A stretch of DNA of 64,000 bases, taken from positions 443,911 to 507,910 of IMG/VR virus record IMGVR_UViG_3300049793_000366. One strand, given 5' to 3'. Shown in pieces: positions 9,280-19,082 of this stretch. Numbering within the stretch: the first letter of the stretch is position 1; every line of letters starts with the position of its first letter. Made by a program: the position numbers and the translations under genes. The notes under the pieces are model-generated. The model was not told the DNA's origin, ran no database searches, and saw only the letters and a list, made by a program, of their open reading frames with translations.

Positions 9280-9649
9280 CATAGTTAAAGAAGGTGATGT
9301 ACTCGTGTGTAAAAAACGAGATACAATTGGTGCATATCCAGATACGCTACACTTATTAGAAATAGGTAAGCATTATCGTATAGAAAGACTTGATGCTATA
9401 AACTCAACGATAGGACTATTTCGCGCATATATACTTATTGATAGCAAACCAGTTCAATTCTACTATCCATTGGATATTAATCTAGTTCGCAACCAATTGA
9501 ACATGACCAAGCACCGTGATGAAATTGATTATGTAAACAAACTTATAGATGGTTGTTATGAGTGGGGCTTATTAACATATTTTGATACAGTAGAAAATTT
9601 TAGAGAATTACAATTAAATAAATTAGTAGATGGTTACTATCAAAAATAA
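9272..9649 (+). CDS. CIK-like protein with C-tag
   Basis: GDVLVCKK; FRELQLNKLV. Confidence 0.7.
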   Translation: MDNIVKEGDVLVCKKRDTIGAYPDTLHLLEIGKHYRIERLDAINSTIGLFRAYILIDSKPVQFYYPLDINLVRNQLNMTKHRDEIDYVNKLIDGCYEWGLLTYFDTVENFRELQLNKLVDGYYQK

Positions 9650-9890
9650 TGCTGATACCGTTGGTAGTGCTATATTGACTTATAAGCAGTGTGGTAAGTT
9701 AATAGCACGTATGGACTTTAAAACATCAGAGGGTTTGGATTTCAAGAAGGGTGAGATAATAGAATATACTCACTACGAAAACTATGGTGATAAGATATAC
9801 TATACAATAACCAGCACTCTTTATCTTAGTAGCGAGGTTGTTATGGAGTTGAATGAGTATAGAGAAGAGCAAATAAATAAATTGGATTAA
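9630..9890 (+). CDS. C-tag hypothetical protein
   Basis: YREEQINKL. Confidence 0.7.
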   Translation: MVTIKNNADTVGSAILTYKQCGKLIARMDFKTSEGLDFKKGEIIEYTHYENYGDKIYYTITSTLYLSSEVVMELNEYREEQINKLD

Positions 9891-10237
9891 TGGAAAAGTA
9901 TATTTTAGGTGTAGAACTAGAACCGAATGGTAGTATTAAAATTGTTCAAATGTGTGTTTCTAAATGTATCTGTATTAAATATAATGCTGATCCATACACA
10001 CAGCTAAGTACTTCAATACCAAAGACTGATTTCAATGAAGGTAATATCTATTACTATGGTATTGATGATACTCGACCTGTGACTAATCCATACTTTGTAG
10101 TAGAAGAGGGTAAAACACATAGGTATTTCACAGAAGACGAATTCAATGCACATTTCGTTGACTACATAAAAAATAGAGAAAATAAAATATCAAACATAGT
10201 TGATGAATCATTAAACAATTCATCAGATTGTGAATAA
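9890..10237 (+). CDS. CIK-family protein with C-tag
   Basis: KCICIK; NRENKISNIV. Confidence 0.75.
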   Translation: MEKYILGVELEPNGSIKIVQMCVSKCICIKYNADPYTQLSTSIPKTDFNEGNIYYYGIDDTRPVTNPYFVVEEGKTHRYFTEDEFNAHFVDYIKNRENKISNIVDESLNNSSDCE

Positions 10238-10245
10238 AAGAGTAC

Positions 10246-10560
10246 TTGATACTCGATTTAAAACAAATAACAACCGACGAATTTCACGAGAGTACTGACT
10301 ACACAAATCCGGAAGCCAATCCGTTAATCTTCTGTGGTGAGACAAACGTATTCCTTGTCAATGGTGAGGTGTATAATACATACGCACCTAATATTTTCTG
10401 GTACAAAGATAATGGTAGTTATGATAATCCAGTTGGTAGACTAATATATGTTATTCAAGAGACTGGCGTTTATATCAGAATATATTTTGATGTAGATGAT
10501 AAACCATTTAAAACAAAAGAGGATTTAAGAAATATCAAACTAAGCGAATTACTACTTTAA
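10246..10560 (+). CDS. C-tag hypothetical protein
   Basis: LRNIKLSELL. Confidence 0.7.
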   Translation: MILDLKQITTDEFHESTDYTNPEANPLIFCGETNVFLVNGEVYNTYAPNIFWYKDNGSYDNPVGRLIYVIQETGVYIRIYFDVDDKPFKTKEDLRNIKLSELLL

Positions 10561-10571
10561 AAATATATACT

Positions 10572-10919
10572 ATGAAGAAAGAAACACTTTATATACTAAA
10601 CCAGGTTAAAAACGGTGAACTAAGCGTAGAAGATGCGTATGATGAGATAATGAATATACATGGTCTTAGTAAGAGTAGTGTATTATGTGGTGGTGATAAG
10701 ATAGGTGAGTATGGTGAAAGACATCGAGAAGAAGCAGAACTAATCAAAGAGGTTTTGATTGAAAATGGATTCATCAATGCTGGATTAAACGATGCTATTT
10801 GGTTATGGGGTGAGTATTCAGATAGTTATTGTGCTGGGTGGCTTGGTCTACCAGATGAGAAAGAAGAGATATACGATTGTATAAAAAGATACATTGTCAA
10901 AACACACTACTGTGGTTAA
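10572..10919 (+). CDS. Hypothetical protein
   Basis: LW.EYSDSYCAGWL motif. Confidence 0.7.
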   Translation: MKKETLYILNQVKNGELSVEDAYDEIMNIHGLSKSSVLCGGDKIGEYGERHREEAELIKEVLIENGFINAGLNDAIWLWGEYSDSYCAGWLGLPDEKEEIYDCIKRYIVKTHYCG

Positions 10920-10932
10920 AATTAAAACAGTT

Positions 10933-11178
10933 ATGAATAAGTACTTCTGTTATTGTATAGAAGAAATAGAAACCACTGGGTATCACACTTCATTGTTCGA
11001 GGTCGGAGTTATGTATGAATATGCGTATAAGACAAATGAAGTATCAGCAGGATATATTAGAATCTATGTTAATCCAAAAAATAGTATTCAACTAACTCAT
11101 AAACAATTCAGAAGGTTTTTCAAACCAGTAACCGAGAGACGGGATATGTTAATCAATGATATTATAGGAACAGATTAA
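10933..11178 (+). CDS. CIK-family protein with C-tag
   Basis: CYCIE; RRDMLINDII. Confidence 0.7.
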   Translation: MNKYFCYCIEEIETTGYHTSLFEVGVMYEYAYKTNEVSAGYIRIYVNPKNSIQLTHKQFRRFFKPVTERRDMLINDIIGTD

Positions 11179-12331
11179 ACGTCAGCGTTGCTTTATCACC
11201 TCTAACACTACCAATAGCAGCTTCCTTTGTTATATCCTTTAAATCATCAAAAGCATTTTTCAATCCATTTTTGAACTCAATTAGTTGCATAAACTTTGGG
11301 ATAAACTTAGCATTATAAAACTCTTCAACCGAGAATGTGACTACGTATGAATTTGGTTTCTCAATTACGTTCATCAATCCTTTATACTTACTATTCAAAT
11401 GTGGTAATATATCATAGCTTGGTAAGCTAACACCATCCAACTCTTTTGCTAAATCAGAAATATGTGCTTCTAAATCACAATCATTATTAAATACCGACAT
11501 TATCATAGCTACATCAAATAATCTATTTAATAGTTCTTCTTTGTTAGCTGAGAAATTTTGCTTATGTCGAATTGAGCCATACTTAGTTTTATGATAACCA
11601 TAACCAATTTTAATAGAGAATTCAAAGTTACAACTACCATGTTCATTTTCATTATTGAATCTGAATCCACCTAAGTCAGTAGTTTTATTGTAGTGATATA
11701 GAAATAAATCCGTTATACCATCTTCGCTTATTGTTGGATTAATATCTTTAGCCGCCATCGTTATCGATTCTACTGTCCAACCTTTATCTTCAATTAAGAT
11801 GTTAGTGATATAATTTACTAACTCATTAGGGTCTAATTGACCACTATCACCAGCAGACTCTCTATCTCTCTTCTCGATAACTGAATAACTATTGGTATAA
11901 TCTTCATATATAGAATATAAATCTATAATCAATTTATATTCTTTCATTTTCTCGTCATCAAAAATATTTAAATTGAAATTAGTAATCTCAAAACTACCGT
12001 ACAAAGTAAATAAAGCCTCTAAAGATGGGATGATATTATCTATGAATCCGTTTCCCTGTATATTTGTTTTATTAAGTCGCTCATTATATAAGTCGAAATA
12101 TGACATATGATAACCAGAGTTCTTTAACCTCTTAGATACTTTCTTAATTGCTTCTAAAAATTCCTTATTCAATGTAACTGAATCTGCTGAATACACATAC
12201 TGAGAAGGAAATCCTGAAACAGGTAAAACAGATTTAACAAAATCTAAATCCAATAAGTCAATCATATTTGAATTGACATCTACTTCGCTACTCACGTTTA
12301 AATTCTCGTTATATGTTTTAAGATATCTCAT
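11162..12331 (-). CDS. N-tag hypothetical protein (389 aa)
   Basis: MRYLKTYNE; TAATATATA 4 nt upstream (12336-12344). Confidence 0.8.
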   Translation of the reverse strand: MRYLKTYNENLNVSSEVDVNSNMIDLLDLDFVKSVLPVSGFPSQYVYSADSVTLNKEFLEAIKKVSKRLKNSGYHMSYFDLYNERLNKTNIQGNGFIDNIIPSLEALFTLYGSFEITNFNLNIFDDEKMKEYKLIIDLYSIYEDYTNSYSVIEKRDRESAGDSGQLDPNELVNYITNILIEDKGWTVESITMAAKDINPTISEDGITDLFLYHYNKTTDLGGFRFNNENEHGSCNFEFSIKIGYGYHKTKYGSIRHKQNFSANKEELLNRLFDVAMIMSVFNNDCDLEAHISDLAKELDGVSLPSYDILPHLNSKYKGLMNVIEKPNSYVVTFSVEEFYNAKFIPKFMQLIEFKNGLKNAFDDLKDITKEAAIGSVRGDKATLTFNLFL

Positions 12332-12341
12332 TTTCTATATA

Positions 12342-12692
12342 TTAACTCCAGCTCACTGTTATTACAATTGTGTCAGTAAACCTAAATGATGCTCTATATC
12401 CATCAGCGTGTAGCTTTTTGATTATCCTCTCACACATACTGAATAAATTCTTGTATTTATCGAGGTTTTCATAAAATAAATGACAATCATGTACACTATA
12501 ATAACCATTTAAATTTGGTGCGCTGTGTACGTAAATATGTGCTTCTGTTGTCTTTTTCTCAGTAAAATAGCTAACATCAATATCTTCTGTGTCATCAAGC
12601 TCAGTCAGTAGTTCCTTCATTAAGCCGGTTGTAAGCTCCGCGTGTAATTTGTCAAGATTTTCTGAATTTTCAAATGACTTTAAGTATTTCAT
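12342..12692 (-). CDS. N-tag protein, KKL..G family
   Basis: MKYLKSFEN; IIKKLHADG. Confidence 0.75.
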   Translation of the reverse strand: MKYLKSFENSENLDKLHAELTTGLMKELLTELDDTEDIDVSYFTEKKTTEAHIYVHSAPNLNGYYSVHDCHLFYENLDKYKNLFSMCERIIKKLHADGYRASFRFTDTIVITVSWS

Positions 12693-12716
12693 AAACGTAT
12701 ATATTATATATAGCTT
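12693..12716. promoter_or_regulatory. Overlapping divergent late-type motifs
   Basis: TAATATATA on - (12698-12706) and TTATATATA on + (12704-12712) within a 24-bp intergenic gap. Confidence 0.6.
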
Positions 12717-13145
12717 ATGATTAAATCGTTCAAACTATTTGAAAATAATTCAGACTCAAATTCTGCTAAAATTTTGGCTCAACTTGGTGATATAAAATCA
12801 CAATGCTTTGCGTCAATACAATCAGAGCTTAAGAGAATTAAAGGTATTTATATGAGAGGATTTAATACCGAGGACTTAACTTATGATGATAGTGAGGACA
12901 GAGATTTTGATGGATTTTTAGAGCTAATTGAGCATTTTTCTAAGGATTTTTATGTAGAACACTATGATACTACTGAAAATCACATGGTGATAGCAATAGA
13001 TACGAATGGTGAAGAAATACTAGTAGAATGGGGTGACGATTACCAAACATTCCCGATTACTGAACTTGATGTAGTTGAATCAGTAAAACTTCTTGGAGTT
13101 TTAGAGAAAATGGTTAGCTATGAACAAATAGAAATGAGAGACTAA
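12717..13145 (+). CDS. N-tag hypothetical protein
   Basis: MIKSFKLFEN. Confidence 0.75.
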   Translation: MIKSFKLFENNSDSNSAKILAQLGDIKSQCFASIQSELKRIKGIYMRGFNTEDLTYDDSEDRDFDGFLELIEHFSKDFYVEHYDTTENHMVIAIDTNGEEILVEWGDDYQTFPITELDVVESVKLLGVLEKMVSYEQIEMRD

Positions 13146-13678
13146 TGAAGAAGAATATAAAACTATACGAAGGATTCATAGAGAATATCAAAAACGACTT
13201 CGCCAGAACTTTGTATCAAAGGAGACAAAGATTTGAAGATTGTTTACAAATATTAAAGGATGAATATGGCGTTGATTACTATGAACAATCATTATCTGAT
13301 GTATTCACACAAGCTAAAATAGAATATATGAATGTTGAGGATATTGATAAGTTTCCACTATCAGATACGCTCATAGATGACATTATAAAAACGGTAAAGA
13401 GACTGAGACAATACGAAGATATTGATATTGAAGGTCGTATTACAATGCGTTTAAAGGGCTCAAATTATAAAAAAAGTGTATTTTTTAGCACAAATGATTG
13501 GTATGATACACCAAATCCTACCGAGAGTCAAAGAAGATATATCAAGAATCCAAATGATATTAAAGCACTTTTTGATGAGAGAATGGTTCAATTAATGAAA
13601 GCCAAAAGAGAACTAAAAGATGGTGATGATAGCCACGATAATTATATTGTATCTCTAATAAATATATCTATATGCTAA
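13145..13678 (+). CDS. N-tag protein, DDY/KKL family
   Basis: MKKNIKLYEGF; CLQILKDEYG..VKRLRQ. Confidence 0.75.
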   Translation: MKKNIKLYEGFIENIKNDFARTLYQRRQRFEDCLQILKDEYGVDYYEQSLSDVFTQAKIEYMNVEDIDKFPLSDTLIDDIIKTVKRLRQYEDIDIEGRITMRLKGSNYKKSVFFSTNDWYDTPNPTESQRRYIKNPNDIKALFDERMVQLMKAKRELKDGDDSHDNYIVSLINISIC

Positions 13679-13896
13679 TGAAACACTTAATGGATTTTAA
13701 ATTATTCGAAGAAAAAAGCCTTGAATCAAGCTATTTATACTACAAAGAACTTGTAGATGATGGTAAGAAAAGAGCCAAGAACTCATCAGGTGGTGAGAAT
13801 GAAATGGATATGGAAAACCTTACGCATAATAGAAAGATGATGAACAGAGCTAAAGCCGCGCTCAAAAAAGCAGGTAAAGAAATACCAAAGAAGTAA
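13678..13896 (+). CDS. N-tag small protein
   Basis: MKHLMDFKLFEE. Confidence 0.7.
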   Translation: MKHLMDFKLFEEKSLESSYLYYKELVDDGKKRAKNSSGGENEMDMENLTHNRKMMNRAKAALKKAGKEIPKK

Positions 13897-14369
13897 TGAA
13901 ACACTTAAAGCTATTCGAAGGATTTATGGATGACATCAGACAATCAGTTGTTGATGTGTTCGACAATGCTCGAAAGCCTTATGATGCTTGTTTACACGAG
14001 TTAATCGATGATTATGGTTTACAATTCGATGGTGATAAAATCACTAATATGTTTTCAGATAGGTGTTTAGTGTACTATATAAACGAACCAACTGAACTGA
14101 GCTTAGAAGCTGTAAATAAGATAGTCAGAGCAGTCAAAAGATTGGGTGAGTTCGAAGAACTTCGTATCGCTGGTGCTATCACACTTTACTTTAATAACTC
14201 ACCGATATCAGCATCATTCGATAAGAAAGTTGATATACATAAATATGTTAGAAATATAATGAATACTAAGCTAACTCAATATTATGGTGATGAACACGAA
14301 AGAGTAATAGAACCAGAATATTCAGAGTTTACTTTCACAGTAAAATTCACATTATACCAAGCAACTTAA
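13896..14369 (+). CDS. N-tag protein, DDY/KKL family
   Basis: MKHLKLFEGF; CLHELIDDYGL..RAVKRL. Confidence 0.75.
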   Translation: MKHLKLFEGFMDDIRQSVVDVFDNARKPYDACLHELIDDYGLQFDGDKITNMFSDRCLVYYINEPTELSLEAVNKIVRAVKRLGEFEELRIAGAITLYFNNSPISASFDKKVDIHKYVRNIMNTKLTQYYGDEHERVIEPEYSEFTFTVKFTLYQAT

Positions 14370-14571
14370 GTTTAAGCTCCCTCAATTCATGTGCTGGTCT
14401 AAAGTGACCAAAGAAGAATACTGCTGGATATCTTATTGTACCATTGAATAGATTAGAAACTTCTACACCATTTATATCAAAACTAGTTTTATTTAGATAA
14501 ACAGTGTGTCCAACCTTTATAGTAACCTTATAATGCACATCCGTAAATTGCTTTGTGCAAACATATAACAT
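14347..14571 (-). CDS. CIK-like protein with C-tag
   Basis: MLYVCTK; LRELKLKLL. Confidence 0.65.
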   Translation of the reverse strand: MLYVCTKQFTDVHYKVTIKVGHTVYLNKTSFDINGVEVSNLFNGTIRYPAVFFFGHFRPAHELRELKLKLLGIM

Positions 14572-14603
14572 ACTTGTTATATTTAGAAAAATGAATAGGT
14601 TTT

Positions 14604-14612
14604 TAATATATA
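14604..14612 (+). promoter_or_regulatory. Late-type motif TAATATATA
   Basis: 4 nt before ATG 14617. Confidence 0.6.
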
Positions 14613-14616
14613 CGAT

Positions 14617-15006
14617 ATGAAACACATTAAGAAATTCAACGAAGATGCCGAGCATTTGGTTAGTAAGGAATACTTAGAGCCATTCTTCTTGGAGCTTAGT
14701 GATGTGTACGGTGAAGATGTTGAAATAACATTTTCTGGTGAAACTCAGGCTGATGTTGAACTTACATTCTCCAATATCATTTTAAATAGAATGAATAAAG
14801 GATATAAAGTAGATGGTAGTGAACATGATTACTCATATGATGTTCTAATCGATGCTTATTCAAAAGCCGCTAATATTACCACATCCTTGAAAAAGATAGC
14901 GAAAAAGATTGATGCTGATGGTCTTTACCAATGTAGAATGTTTGTAAATAAACCATCACATAAGATAAAATATAGCTTCATTGTGTTTAATAAACACTTT
15001 GATTAA
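14617..15006 (+). CDS. N-tag protein, KKL..G family
   Basis: MKHIKKFNE; YLEPFF; IAKKIDADG. Confidence 0.75.
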   Translation: MKHIKKFNEDAEHLVSKEYLEPFFLELSDVYGEDVEITFSGETQADVELTFSNIILNRMNKGYKVDGSEHDYSYDVLIDAYSKAANITTSLKKIAKKIDADGLYQCRMFVNKPSHKIKYSFIVFNKHFD

Positions 15007-15599
15007 TTCTCTTTAAATACTATATAATCCGCTGATAAATAACCCTTCTTAGTCTTATACCTTTGTTCAATCATTGTTAAGCTAAATAAGTCTCCCGCTT
15101 TTTTACCAATATACATATGTAGACCATAAGATGATAACTTCTTATTAACTCGTAATAATTCTTGTAATAACTTTCTATCAACCAATACCGTATTAGAAAA
15201 GTCAAACTGCAAAAAGTTTACAGACGTTTTTGGTGTAGAAACTAATTCGTATTCATCAATTAATCCTTGAAAGTTAGAAATAATTTCCTGTATTCTATTA
15301 TGAACATGGGCTTTAATTTCAACATCCATCTTACTTCTATAACTTCTTCCGATTGCCTCTGTCTCAGACCTTAAATCTGTTATGAATCCTTCAAATAGTT
15401 TAATTACGGATTCATTAAATGACTCTTTAAATATTCTAAACTTAAGTAACGGTTTACCATTGATAGTCACATCACCTTTAGCATTCTTACCAATCTTCTT
15501 CACAACAATCTTCTTGTTCTTGAATCTTCCGCCCAAGACCGTATCACCCACGCTAATAGGTATCTTAATCATTTCGTCTATATGCTTAAGGTATCTCAT
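15003..15599 (-). CDS. N-tag two-module protein (basic beta domain + DDY/KKL domain)
   Basis: MRYLKHIDE; VGDTVLGGRFKNKKIVVK; internal IKLFEGF. Confidence 0.75.
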   Translation of the reverse strand: MRYLKHIDEMIKIPISVGDTVLGGRFKNKKIVVKKIGKNAKGDVTINGKPLLKFRIFKESFNESVIKLFEGFITDLRSETEAIGRSYRSKMDVEIKAHVHNRIQEIISNFQGLIDEYELVSTPKTSVNFLQFDFSNTVLVDRKLLQELLRVNKKLSSYGLHMYIGKKAGDLFSLTMIEQRYKTKKGYLSADYIVFKEN

Positions 15600-16021
15600 A
15601 AGTCAACTACATTTATCATAAAACTACCACCATCTGTGGTGATTGTTACTTCTTTATATTTATTAATTAGTTTAATAAAATCATCAACAGTTCTTCCACT
15701 ATTAACTGCGTTCTTTAAACCAGTACCATATCCATTTAATTCAATTGCCATATAATGAAAGTCCTTCACTTGAATGAAAGAACCATTTTGTCTTAGTTTT
15801 CTATCAGCCATTGCTAACTCTTTCATAAACTCAGCAGTAACATCAAACTTTCTATCTATTATGAAGCAATATGACTCATCATAATACCTAAACTCAAGCT
15901 CATAGTCATCTATTAAAATTTGTAAAGAGTTCTCTATTAACTTCAAATACTTATCAATAGAAGCATCCTGCTCACGTTGTAAATCAGCTATAAATCCTTC
16001 ATATAGTTTAATCTGCTTCAT
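15596..16021 (-). CDS. N-tag protein, DDY/KKL family
   Basis: MKQIKLYEGF; LQILIDDYEL..ADRKL. Confidence 0.75.
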   Translation of the reverse strand: MKQIKLYEGFIADLQREQDASIDKYLKLIENSLQILIDDYELEFRYYDESYCFIIDRKFDVTAEFMKELAMADRKLRQNGSFIQVKDFHYMAIELNGYGTGLKNAVNSGRTVDDFIKLINKYKEVTITTDGGSFMINVVDL

Positions 16022-16397
16022 GTCCCACCATTTTTTCAAAGAATACCCTGAACCAGGTTAAATCAGCAATGTAAACCTCACAACTATAAATACCATCTAA
16101 GGTTATTTTATTCAATGCTTTTTTTAATAATAAGTTAAACTCAAGAAGTCTCCTTGATGCTTCTGTGTACCTATCAAATTCACTCAATCCCATCATTGAT
16201 GGTGTTAGACCTTGTGATGTTAATGTGTCAGTGAAATCAAGTCTCAATGATACCTCATCCATATTCCAATCAAATTCAACACCATCGATATCTTTAATTT
16301 CCTGAAAGAACGGCTCTACATAACTAAGAAGATCCTGTTGTTCATCAAGTCTTGATTCTGTAACTCTATATTCGTCGTATACCTTTAAGTGTTTCAT
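16008..16397 (-). CDS. N-tag protein
   Basis: MKHLKVYDE; YVEPFF; paralogue of 14617. Confidence 0.75.
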   Translation of the reverse strand: MKHLKVYDEYRVTESRLDEQQDLLSYVEPFFQEIKDIDGVEFDWNMDEVSLRLDFTDTLTSQGLTPSMMGLSEFDRYTEASRRLLEFNLLLKKALNKITLDGIYSCEVYIADLTWFRVFFEKMVGHEAD

Positions 16398-16398
16398 A

Positions 16399-16782
16399 TT
16401 ATACTATTACTTCTCTGCTTATATTTACAGCAATCGCACCAACACGGTTAACTCTTACTGATATCTCATAACCTAACTGAGCCAGTTCAACAAATGCCTT
16501 AAACTCTGCTTCATTCATTATGGTAGCTGAATTACCAACACTCATCCATACCTGTGATATGTCATTCACATCACCGTTTATGATGTAGTTACCATCAACA
16601 TCCACTAAATTAACAGAGAAAACAGACCAATAATCAATCCCACATTTATCCAATACAGAATGTAATTTATTGTTCTCTCTACGTCTTATCTCAAAGAACT
16701 CATCAGTTTCACCATTCAATCTGAATTTGGATCCAGTATCGGGTGCTTCATTTTGCGACTCAAATCTTTTAAGATATCTCAT
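16399..16782 (-). CDS. N-tag hypothetical protein
   Basis: MRYLKRFES; TAATATATA at 16789-16797. Confidence 0.75.
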   Translation of the reverse strand: MRYLKRFESQNEAPDTGSKFRLNGETDEFFEIRRRENNKLHSVLDKCGIDYWSVFSVNLVDVDGNYIINGDVNDISQVWMSVGNSATIMNEAEFKAFVELAQLGYEISVRVNRVGAIAVNISREVIV

Positions 16783-16879
16783 AGTAAGTATATATTAAAA
16801 ATATTGTTCAAACATCTTAAAACTTTCACTTACACCTGTATATACTTACTCAACACTTTCGCGAAGTGATTACATATAT

Positions 16880-16956
16880 GTTCACAAGTTTGTGTACCAG
16901 AAATGGGAACGGCTTCTAGAGCTTAGGTATTTGAATTCCCACAAACCTCTGTGAAC
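16880..16956. ncRNA. Candidate structured RNA / long hairpin
   Basis: GTTCACA-A-GTTTGTG pairs with CACAAAC-CTC-TGTGAAC; intergenic between divergent blocks. Confidence 0.35.
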
Positions 16957-17001
16957 CCCCTTTTTCTTAAAACTCAAGCACCCTCTTATACTATAAGTCT
17001 C

Positions 17002-17370
17002 ATGTCAATAATGAGTCCAGATACAGCCAGAGAATTGGTAAAATTAGCATTACATCCATCTAACGGCCATAAATATGATTACATAGTGGATATGCTCGAT
17101 TTTCGTCCTAAAGATTTTACTACTGGTTACGAGAATTATCCAGGTCTTCACGGTAAATATTGCTTCTATCACTTGGAAGGTTACTACATTTTATCCATCA
17201 ATATAATTAAACATACCGTAGATATAAATACACAACTCATCAATCAATTGTATCACAAAAGCAATGGATTTACTGGATTATATCCACCATCAGAAAAAAT
17301 CAATTATGATGATAAAATTTGTGTCCGAGATATCAAAATAAACCATATATTTGAATCTCATGTGGTATAA
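17002..17370 (+). CDS. C-tag hypothetical protein
   Basis: VRDIKINHIF. Confidence 0.7.
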   Translation: MSIMSPDTARELVKLALHPSNGHKYDYIVDMLDFRPKDFTTGYENYPGLHGKYCFYHLEGYYILSINIIKHTVDINTQLINQLYHKSNGFTGLYPPSEKINYDDKICVRDIKINHIFESHVV

Positions 17371-17656
17371 CGTTGGTGACATAATAACTATTAAAGAAAA
17401 TTGCCGTTTGGCAAGCGGATCTTATATCAAAGATTCTAAATTACTCTATCCGCTTATTGGTAAAGAAGCATACATCGTTCTAATCCAATCAGATTATAGT
17501 CAGGCTGCTAAAAATCATTACTGTCATTATAAACTTAAACTCGTAGACGAAGCCGACCATAGCTCGTTCGGCTACTTCAAAGTATTCCACGATGATGGCA
17601 TCTGTATCAAAACATACCGCAGAGAAGAACAACTAAATAAAATACTTAAACCCTAA
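17360..17656 (+). CDS. C-tag hypothetical protein (SH3-like start)
   Basis: YNVGDIITIK; RREEQLNKIL. Confidence 0.7.
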   Translation: MWYNVGDIITIKENCRLASGSYIKDSKLLYPLIGKEAYIVLIQSDYSQAAKNHYCHYKLKLVDEADHSSFGYFKVFHDDGICIKTYRREEQLNKILKP

Positions 17657-17659
17657 ACT

Positions 17660-18010
17660 ATGAAAAGACTAATCATCACCGCAGTATTATTACTGACAAC
17701 ATTCTTATTGACCTCACAAACCACACAACACTTCAACTTTAAAACAGTTAAGAAAGACACCATCAGCCGTAAAGTAAATACATACGTTACGCTCGATAAG
17801 ACCGCTAAACGCCTTTTTATACAAGATAGTACTCTTCATATGAAGACCACACTTTTCATCACAAGATATTCATTGGCTACCAAATACCAACTTATGGACT
17901 GCAAAGATTCAGCATCTAAAGAAAGTATCTATGTAGAAGTGTACAAAGGAACCAAAGAATCCTATATGAAATTACAATACGCTAACGACCAAACCTATAT
18001 CTACAAATGA
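17660..18010 (+). CDS. Secreted hypothetical protein
   Basis: Signal peptide MKRLIITAVLLLTTFLLTSQ. Confidence 0.75.
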   Translation: MKRLIITAVLLLTTFLLTSQTTQHFNFKTVKKDTISRKVNTYVTLDKTAKRLFIQDSTLHMKTTLFITRYSLATKYQLMDCKDSASKESIYVEVYKGTKESYMKLQYANDQTYIYK

Positions 18011-18315
18011 TAACACTTACCAAAATGGGTGATAGCTACGTTGTTGTAGAGTCCGATGGTGTACAGTTATGTATCTTAACCACCTCACTCACTGTCTACG
18101 ATAAGAACACACACGAAGCATATAAGAATATTATGCTACTGCTTAACGCAGACCAGCAACAACTTATATTAGGTAAGTTCAAGATAAAGGAAACAGAACA
18201 CGATAAACCGTTCGATGATGTGGAATTCATCCGGGATAACCTAATGAACATCGAACACCCAGAATTCTTATTAGTAAGAAGAGACCTAAAATTAAGTGAA
18301 CTAACGAGTGATTAA
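18007..18315 (+). CDS. C-tag hypothetical protein
   Basis: RRDLKLSEL. Confidence 0.7.
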   Translation: MITLTKMGDSYVVVESDGVQLCILTTSLTVYDKNTHEAYKNIMLLLNADQQQLILGKFKIKETEHDKPFDDVEFIRDNLMNIEHPEFLLVRRDLKLSELTSD

Positions 18316-18664
18316 GCAGAAATATAAATACAAACTTAAATATTCAGAAATAAAAGAAACAGACTCAGCTACCAATAGAAACATATTAGTATTATCCACC
18401 AAAGATGAAGTATTAATAGAATTCATATTAAGTAACTCAATAGAATCAGGTAATAGTAAATACCAATTGAAACGAGCGATATACTTCCTGAACCAAAGCA
18501 TTAACCACACAGGCGAGTACGAATACGTTACCATCTGTTGTAGTTATTTGGATGTTGGGATGGATGATATAGACTTCATTGAGTATTACTTCAACGAATT
18601 GATGGATGATGATAAACTTAAACACATTAGAAGACATTTAATAATTGATAAAGCTTTAGAATAA
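18308..18664 (+). CDS. C-tag hypothetical protein
   Basis: RRHLIIDKAL. Confidence 0.65.
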   Translation: MIKQKYKYKLKYSEIKETDSATNRNILVLSTKDEVLIEFILSNSIESGNSKYQLKRAIYFLNQSINHTGEYEYVTICCSYLDVGMDDIDFIEYYFNELMDDDKLKHIRRHLIIDKALE

Positions 18665-18834
18665 TGGAAAAAATTAAAAAAGAACAATTTGCTGTTTATG
18701 AGAAAAAACCAGCTCATCAAAAAGACGTTAATGGTATCATTTTAGCTCCATATAATACCAAAGAAGAGGCTGAAAAAGCTGGTACTAAATATGGTTACTC
18801 TGGGGATAACTATTATGTTGATAAATTAATATAG
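18664..18834 (+). CDS. Small hypothetical protein (56 aa, not in ORF track)
   Basis: MEKIKKEQFAVYEKK...YYVDKLI; TAATG coupled, fills gap. Confidence 0.6.
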   Translation: MEKIKKEQFAVYEKKPAHQKDVNGIILAPYNTKEEAEKAGTKYGYSGDNYYVDKLI

Positions 18835-18836
18835 AC

Positions 18837-19082
18837 ATGAGAGGATTTTGTAAATGTAGAGTAACATTCAAAAAAGATATACACACCTACGTTGGTAACC
18901 AAATATATGAATACCGTATATATGGTAGTATGTATACCGTTGAGACACCATCACTGCTTAACCCAGATTTAAGTGTCGGGTATCAATTCAGTCAAAAAGC
19001 ATTTGATGAGCAATTTGATGAGTTTACCCAGCAACAAATAAGAGAAATGAGATTAGATACCGTATTAAAAGACAATGAGTAA
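18837..19082 (+). CDS. CIK-family protein with C-tag
   Basis: CKCR; IREMRLDTVL. Confidence 0.7.
   Translation: MRGFCKCRVTFKKDIHTYVGNQIYEYRIYGSMYTVETPSLLNPDLSVGYQFSQKAFDEQFDEFTQQQIREMRLDTVLKDNE

Noticed and set aside
16880-16956. tRNA gene
   Set aside because: Only a vague TTCAAAT resemblance on the minus strand; no cloverleaf could be built
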